DNA of 64,000 bases, from assembly GCA_965602015.1 (NCBI GenBank), contig OZ271918.1:672001-736000 (forward strand), read 5' to 3'. Positions within the stretch are counted from its first letter, which is position 1. Each line of letters opens with the position of its first letter. Below are positions 58,178-64,000 of this stretch, in pieces. Source of the DNA: Salinispira sp. Its GTDB lineage: Bacteria > Spirochaetota > Spirochaetia > DSM-27196 > Salinispiraceae. The notes under the pieces were generated by a model. That model was not told where the DNA came from and searched no databases. It saw only the letters and a list, made by a program, of their open reading frames with translations. A program made the position numbers and the translations under genes.

Positions 58178-61100
58178 ATGAAAGAACATCTGCCATGGCG
58201 GCGAAATTTCCTCATTCTGACGATCATCCTGTTTATTGTTTTGCCGGTCCTCGGCCAAGAGACCGGCGATGATGGTGTCGTCTATCCCAGGGAGCAACCG
58301 GGACTCATTTACGTCGAGGCCGAGGATGCGGTTTCCACCAATTTTACCCAGCAACCGACCCTGGATTATTCAAGCAGCAGCCAACAGAACATTCAGCTCA
58401 GCCGTTTTAGCCCTCCGGGAGTCGGCCAGGATTTTTACGCCGAGTTTGTGTTTCTCGTTGAGGAAGCGGGGCGTTATGAGTTCTGGTACGCCGGTACCCC
58501 TCCGGGACCGAGGGACCAGATTTTCCCATCCTACGTCAGCCCCTTCGAATACCAAATCGATGACCGGCCTTCCCGTGCGGTATTCCGGGAAGACGTCGCG
58601 GTGGTCGAGCAATTCAGCGCAACCAATTATTGGGTTCTGGTCGACGAGGTCGACCTGGACGCCGGCGTTCATACCATCCGCTTTTTAATTGACCAGAAGC
58701 GCCGCTTTGACAGCAAATACTATTTCCTGCTGGACAGCTTCTTCCTGTTACATACAGAAGCTCAGATCGATCCCCAGCTCGTGCCGGAAAAATTCCCCGC
58801 TGATATGGACGACCGCAGCATAGACAATGCCTACCGGTCGATAAACGAGTACGAGTTTCTCATAGCCCAGGACCCGGAAAATATTCAGGTCTATGTCACC
58901 ATCGCCCAGGTCTATTCCCTCCTTGGCGATTACCTGAACGCCTTGAAATATCTCATCCGCGGACTGGCCTACGAACCGGAGAATCCCCGGCTTTTGAGCC
59001 TGGTAGCGAAAAACCGCATATGGAAGGGCGATGTAATCGAAGGACTGGCGGCGTTTAACCGATACCTGGAGCTCTATCCCGAGGATGTGGATACCATAGC
59101 CGAGGCCGCGAAAATCGCCGCATGGACAAACCGCTTTACGGACAGTTACCGGCTTTACAACCTCGGGTTGGCTTTGGAGCCGGACAATTTTAATCTCAAG
59201 GTGAACCTCGGGCTCACCTACCTGTGGAACAGCCGGGTTGAGGAGGGGCTGAATACCCTCAGGGAGGCCTTGGAGGATGCCGTTGATGATCCCGATCAGC
59301 TCGAAGAGCTTGCCCGGGTGTACCTGAGCAATTCCTACCCCTCCTACGCAGTGGATGTGTATCGACAGGCTCTTCGGGAGTATCCCCGTCATCTCCAGTT
59401 CTATCTTGGTCTCAGCGAGGCGTATCAGGAAGACGGCCGCCAGAGGGAATCCCGGGAGACAATAAACAGAATCCGCCAGGTCCTTGGGGAAAACCCCCAG
59501 CTTGAGCAGTACATCAGCGCATATGATTTGCGTCAGAGCCTGAAGGATCAGGTGATTCAGGGCTTTCGGGATGAACTCGCCGCAAATCCCGACGACCTGA
59601 TTCTACGGGAGCAGCTGGTCCAGACCCTGTTTTGGAACGGACAGCGCCGGGAAGCCGTCGACGAGTACCTCAACATTATGGGTAACCGTCTTCTCCGTGA
59701 AATACGGGATCTCGAACAGCGGAGCGTTGAACTGCTGGAACTGCTGGATGAGCATTACGCATACCGCAATATTCTCCAGCGGGGAGACCGGATGGTTCAG
59801 GACTTCCGCCGATCGATTGCCGCTGCCCAACGCAGCTATGGGCAGCAGATTCAGCTCCTCGAGAATCTTACCCTGGAAGAGGAGCGGCTATTGGCCCTCG
59901 AATCCCCATCGGATTCCCAGCGCAGCCGCATCGGCGAGCTTCCCGCCCTCATAAGCGAAGCCGCCGATGTCCTCCGGCAAAGCGCTCAAGCCCTGGCCGA
60001 TGAAATGGACAGCGCCGAAGAGTTCCTCAGGCGAAATTCCCTTATTTCCCAACGGATAACCGGCTTGACCGCGGCGCTGGAGTCGGTCCGCAGCGAAACC
60101 GCCGATGAACAGGAAAGACTCGAAAGTCTCAGTTCGCAGATTTCATGGACCTGGAACCGGGAAGACAGCACGGCGGAACTGGAACTGATCCGGAACAAGG
60201 GCAATGTGCTCGGCGATTACCTGTTGCTGAGCATCGCACGCAATCGGCCTGCGGAAGAACTGGCCTCCGCCGATGCCCAGCTTCTTGCCCAGCGATCCGG
60301 GCAGTTCAGCGATGGTCAGCGCCTCGCCGCCCAGCTCCAGCTCTGGCTTGGCGGGAGGGACGTCCCCCCGGCCGAAGACTATTTTGCCTACGGCGCCGAG
60401 CTGGTCGAGAGGCTCGAGCCGATGGTCCGGGAATACCGGCCGATGGGTATTGCCGAACCCCGCTTGCTCAGCTCTGAGCGAATCGCCGAGCTGGACCAGC
60501 GCCTGGTCTCGGCGGTTGGGGATAGCCGGGATCTTCTTGACGTGATGGACGGCCGGATTGACGAGCTTCACGACCTGTTCGATCAGCGTCTTGAATTTGC
60601 CATGTATCTCTTTGATACCGGGACCTATCTTACCCGCTACCAGATAGGCGAATACTACCTCTCTCTGGAGGAGTACCAGGAAGCAGCCCGGCAGTTTCGG
60701 GCGGTGTTGCGGATCGATCCCTTTAATGCCAACGCCCGGTTCCGTTTGGGAAGCGTGAAACAGCTCGACGGCGACTGGAGCGGTGCCATGGCGGATTACC
60801 TCCAGGTGTATTATGCCGATCCGGGCTTTGAAAATGTGCGCCAGCTTTACAACCAGCTCGCCCGGGAAAACGCCAGCGTCCTTCAAATACAGGCTCAGAG
60901 CCTGGCAGACAGTTCCCGCTGGAGCAACAGCATGAGCTTTTCCCTCGACTCGCCGATCAGCACCGTCCTTGGTTTTACCGCCGATTACAGCCTGCGGGAC
61001 ATACGGCTTCACAAACCCTCCGGGGCAGGCGAACAGCCGGTGACCTCCAGCCTTCACAGCGCCAATATAAGCCTCCCGGTGAACCTCCGTTTTTTTGCTA

Positions 61101-61894
61101 CGGAAATCTCTCCCAAGGCGGGCATCACCCTGAGCAACAGAATTTTCCTCGACGAGTTCTCCGATGTGCCGGCGCCGGTGCTTCCGGAGAACCTTCTCGA
61201 GCCCCTGGAACTTTCTCCCCGTTTTGGGCTTTCCACGGCAACTCAGCTCGGCGCGGTGAATATCGCCCTTGATTACCAATGGTACAGAATGGAGGACAGT
61301 TTCTTTTTCGGCCGTGATGCGGCCCTGGCCCACTCGGCCTCGGCGACTCTGGGAACCTATTTCGGATTTCCCAATCGGCGGGACCTTAATTCATTCGGCA
61401 CCCGGAGCTTTTTGAACGGCCGATACGTGCTGCAGGAAGGGCAAAATGCGAACATTCTCTATACCCTTGTTCAGGAAATAGTGCTGAGCACCCATCTGGC
61501 AGATAATCCCTGGACAAATCTGGATTTCGTCGTCAGCGGGAGCTTTGAAACCAGCAGCGACGGCGCACGAAGCGATTACTACGCACCGGAAAACGTCCTT
61601 GTGGGGAAATTCTCCATGAATCTCGCCAGCTGGATCGGAGGTCTGAGCAACAACCGGGTTCTGGGTCTGATGCCCCGTCTCAGCGTGGGATACTTCGGCG
61701 AACGGCTGGGATCGGACAGTCCGGGCAGTTCCCTGCTGCTGGATGCGGCGTTTAAGTTCGAGCTCACCCAGGGCACCGGCAGCCAGTATCTGGACCTGGG
61801 CACAACGCTGAGCATAGCCGATGGGGGCCTGGGATACTTCACGTTTTTCGCAAACATCGGGTTGTACTCGAGCTTCCCGACCCTGCTGAACTAG
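58178..61894 (+). CDS. Large exported TPR protein with N-terminal CBM-like domain and C-terminal beta-rich domain (PelB-like candidate)
   Basis: Signal peptide, YVEAED motif, multiple TPRs, coiled coil, alternating-pattern beta strands at the C-terminus. Confidence 0.65.
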   Translation: MKEHLPWRRNFLILTIILFIVLPVLGQETGDDGVVYPREQPGLIYVEAEDAVSTNFTQQPTLDYSSSSQQNIQLSRFSPPGVGQDFYAEFVFLVEEAGRYEFWYAGTPPGPRDQIFPSYVSPFEYQIDDRPSRAVFREDVAVVEQFSATNYWVLVDEVDLDAGVHTIRFLIDQKRRFDSKYYFLLDSFFLLHTEAQIDPQLVPEKFPADMDDRSIDNAYRSINEYEFLIAQDPENIQVYVTIAQVYSLLGDYLNALKYLIRGLAYEPENPRLLSLVAKNRIWKGDVIEGLAAFNRYLELYPEDVDTIAEAAKIAAWTNRFTDSYRLYNLGLALEPDNFNLKVNLGLTYLWNSRVEEGLNTLREALEDAVDDPDQLEELARVYLSNSYPSYAVDVYRQALREYPRHLQFYLGLSEAYQEDGRQRESRETINRIRQVLGENPQLEQYISAYDLRQSLKDQVIQGFRDELAANPDDLILREQLVQTLFWNGQRREAVDEYLNIMGNRLLREIRDLEQRSVELLELLDEHYAYRNILQRGDRMVQDFRRSIAAAQRSYGQQIQLLENLTLEEERLLALESPSDSQRSRIGELPALISEAADVLRQSAQALADEMDSAEEFLRRNSLISQRITGLTAALESVRSETADEQERLESLSSQISWTWNREDSTAELELIRNKGNVLGDYLLLSIARNRPAEELASADAQLLAQRSGQFSDGQRLAAQLQLWLGGRDVPPAEDYFAYGAELVERLEPMVREYRPMGIAEPRLLSSERIAELDQRLVSAVGDSRDLLDVMDGRIDELHDLFDQRLEFAMYLFDTGTYLTRYQIGEYYLSLEEYQEAARQFRAVLRIDPFNANARFRLGSVKQLDGDWSGAMADYLQVYYADPGFENVRQLYNQLARENASVLQIQAQSLADSSRWSNSMSFSLDSPISTVLGFTADYSLRDIRLHKPSGAGEQPVTSSLHSANISLPVNLRFFATEISPKAGITLSNRIFLDEFSDVPAPVLPENLLEPLELSPRFGLSTATQLGAVNIALDYQWYRMEDSFFFGRDAALAHSASATLGTYFGFPNRRDLNSFGTRSFLNGRYVLQEGQNANILYTLVQEIVLSTHLADNPWTNLDFVVSGSFETSSDGARSDYYAPENVLVGKFSMNLASWIGGLSNNRVLGLMPRLSVGYFGERLGSDSPGSSLLLDAAFKFELTQGTGSQYLDLGTTLSIADGGLGYFTFFANIGLYSSFPTLLN

Positions 61895-61916
61895 CAGGGC
61901 CGGCCCGGTTATTGCG

Positions 61917-63302
61917 ATGAAGTCCCCACGATCAACAGGTTCCCATTTGGGAAAGGTGTTTTTACTCGGTATTCCTCTGCTATTCGGTCAGTTGATGCAG
62001 TATCTCCATCAAATCGCCGACAGCGCCATGCTGGGACATTACGGGCAAGATAGTTTTGAACTGGCGGCGGTGGGGATTGCCGGTCTGTTCACCTGGATTC
62101 TGAATACCTTTATGTGGCCTCTTTCAAACGGGGTTCAGGCCATCACCTCCCGGCGTTTTGGCAGGCAAAACCATTCGGATGAACGTTCGCGCTGGTTCAC
62201 CGGGGAGGCGATGGACAATGCCCTGCTCACCGCCCTGTATGCCGCCGCGCTGGCCCTGGTTTTTAGTCTGCTTGCCCGTCCCATCCTCACAATCCTTATC
62301 CAGACCGGGGAAATCAGGGAGCTGGCCCTGGAATACATCGCCGTCATGCGTTTTGCCCTTATACCGACCGGACTGTACTTCGTACTCCAGGGCTTTTTCG
62401 GCGCGATTAACAAAACGTCATACATTATGTGGTCGGGAATCATTTCAAACGGCTTGAATATCGGCATAAACTACATCCTGATTTTCGGACGATTCGGATT
62501 TCCCCCAATGGGAATACGGGGGGCCGCCCTGGGCTCGCTGATATCAATGACGGTCGCCCTGGCTTATATGGGATTCATCCTCTACAAGCGTGGCTACGTC
62601 AGGCAGTATCGTCTGTTGAGCTTCCGTCATCTTTCAATTCGCCTCCAGCGGGACATCGTGAAGGTCGCCATAAATCCCGCGGTTCAGAATATCATCGCGC
62701 TGGCAATTTTTATGCTCTACCAGACAATCATCGAAGATTATTCTCCGATTCTATTGGCCGCGACTCATACGGCCTTCTCGTACTTCCGGCTCAATAAAAC
62801 GGTTATCGAAGGTTTTGCCAGAAGCGCGGGCATCCTTGTCGGCAATGCCCTTGGCCGGGGCGAGAGGGAGGAAGCCCAGAGATACATGAGTTCATCGGGA
62901 AAAATCGCGGCGATAGTAGCGCTTTTTGTCGCGGCGTTCACGTTGATATTCCGGCGCCTCATCGGAGGATTTTTCTCCGGCGATCCGGCCACAATCGAGG
63001 CAATTGCCCGGGCGCTGGCGTTTTTTATGCCCTTCTTTTTTGTGGAAGCCTTGGGTTATGCGTTTGAGATGGTATTTGTTTCAAATGGATACGGCCGCTG
63101 GGTTCTCATTAGCGAGTTTTCGACGAATGTGCTGTTCATCCTTTTGGCGACGCTTCTGGTTCGCTATCTTTTTCCAAACGAAATCCGTCTTGCCTGGCTG
63201 ACTTTCGGGATCTACCAGCTTAGTCATGCCTCCATGATGGCGCTGGGGTTTCTGCGAAAGCGCTGGCTTGAAACGGAAGTGGACAGCGAGGCTCCTGCAT
63301 AG
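61917..63302 (+). CDS. MATE-family transporter
   Basis: ADSAMLG, LAAVG, GFPPMGIRGAALG, VGNALG; about 12 TM. Confidence 0.9.
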   Translation: MKSPRSTGSHLGKVFLLGIPLLFGQLMQYLHQIADSAMLGHYGQDSFELAAVGIAGLFTWILNTFMWPLSNGVQAITSRRFGRQNHSDERSRWFTGEAMDNALLTALYAAALALVFSLLARPILTILIQTGEIRELALEYIAVMRFALIPTGLYFVLQGFFGAINKTSYIMWSGIISNGLNIGINYILIFGRFGFPPMGIRGAALGSLISMTVALAYMGFILYKRGYVRQYRLLSFRHLSIRLQRDIVKVAINPAVQNIIALAIFMLYQTIIEDYSPILLAATHTAFSYFRLNKTVIEGFARSAGILVGNALGRGEREEAQRYMSSSGKIAAIVALFVAAFTLIFRRLIGGFFSGDPATIEAIARALAFFMPFFFVEALGYAFEMVFVSNGYGRWVLISEFSTNVLFILLATLLVRYLFPNEIRLAWLTFGIYQLSHASMMALGFLRKRWLETEVDSEAPA

Positions 63303-63338
63303 ACCCAACTCAGCGCCGCATCTGACAAAAACTGCCGA

Positions 63339-64000
63339 TCAGGGAATACCGAACAGGCCTTTTATTTCATTGTACAGACTGTCGCTGTTGAGGTTCTCCA
63401 ATACACTTGCCTCCAGCCGTTCCAGACCTCCCATGGTGAGGCCGATAAACGGCAGGTAATGGCGGATATGTTCGAGAGCCTGCGGCCGGTCGGAATAATG
63501 GGCGATGTTTGCCGCCAGGAAGGAGCCGATGCTCACAATGATGATCAGTAGTTTGTGGGCGCTGGTAATGTTTCGCTGATTTTTTTCTCTGGCCACATCG
63601 CAGTAGATTTCCGGAAAATTCCAGCGCTTCAATAGAATGCTGCCGACTTCCCGGTGGTTTGTCCCGAATCGTGAGCCCTCCAGCTCGGCAAGGGGAGTCC
63701 GTTCAGCCAGGGAGGAGCGGTAGAGGCCCTGGTATTCTGCCCGGTCGGAAACATAGAGGGCCACCTGTCCGATGTTGCTCAACAAGCCGGCCAAAAATGC
63801 CTCCTCCCTCATATTCTGCCGGTTGACCCTTTCGGCCAGGTAGTTTGACACAAACGCGGTGATGATCCCGTGCTTCCAAAAGCTGGACAGAAAAAATGAT
63901 TCGGAATCCTCTTTAAACAGTGAAGACGCGGTGACAAGAACGACCAGATTGCGGATATTTTTAAAACCCAGCATGGATATTGCGGATTGGAGATTGGCAA
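63339..64000 (-). CDS. HDOD-domain protein (5' end outside the window)
   Basis: Frame is open to the window edge (ANLQSAISMLGFK), FWKHG, AFLAGLL, FGTNHREVG, WNFP. Confidence 0.85.
   Translation of the reverse strand, partial: ANLQSAISMLGFKNIRNLVVLVTASSLFKEDSESFFLSSFWKHGIITAFVSNYLAERVNRQNMREEAFLAGLLSNIGQVALYVSDRAEYQGLYRSSLAERTPLAELEGSRFGTNHREVGSILLKRWNFPEIYCDVAREKNQRNITSAHKLLIIIVSIGSFLAANIAHYSDRPQALEHIRHYLPFIGLTMGGLERLEASVLENLNSDSLYNEIKGLFGIP

Noticed and set aside
60143..61333. 396-aa minus-strand ORF
   Set aside because: Antisense shadow of the large TPR gene

Overview
A GC-rich bacterial chromosomal window, most likely from a free-living spirochete (Spirochaetaceae-like). This is inferred from the cdaA-cdaR-acpS-DUF2225-truA-udg-priA gene order and from FAxGxxE-type signal peptides. 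Contents in order: (1) housekeeping block folP to priA, then monomeric icd; (2) a minus-strand run leuA-acyP-FNR-like-rlmN-DAO-SBP-hybrid kinase, preceded by an unannotated leucine attenuator (31-aa leader with CTC-CTA-CTA, antiterminator and terminator); (3) sixA-Nudix-GNAT; (4) a sugar (xylose-type) sensing system plus ABC transporter; (5) parA-acuI; (6) a 933-bp AT-rich, cassette-like insert between 266-bp direct repeats, the second repeat split by an IS21 with a nonsense istB; (7) a CBM48 lipoprotein, a sensor kinase and a REC-PP2C regulator; (8) a four-gene beta-oxidation operon; (9) a degenerate-GGDEF/EAL protein; (10) an atypical Pel-like exopolysaccharide locus (pelD-, pelE-like, pelF, pelG, and a divergent large TPR/beta-rich protein); (11) a MATE transporter and a partial HDOD gene. 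No rRNA, tRNA or CRISPR array was recognised. All family calls come from motif recognition by eye; no database search was run.
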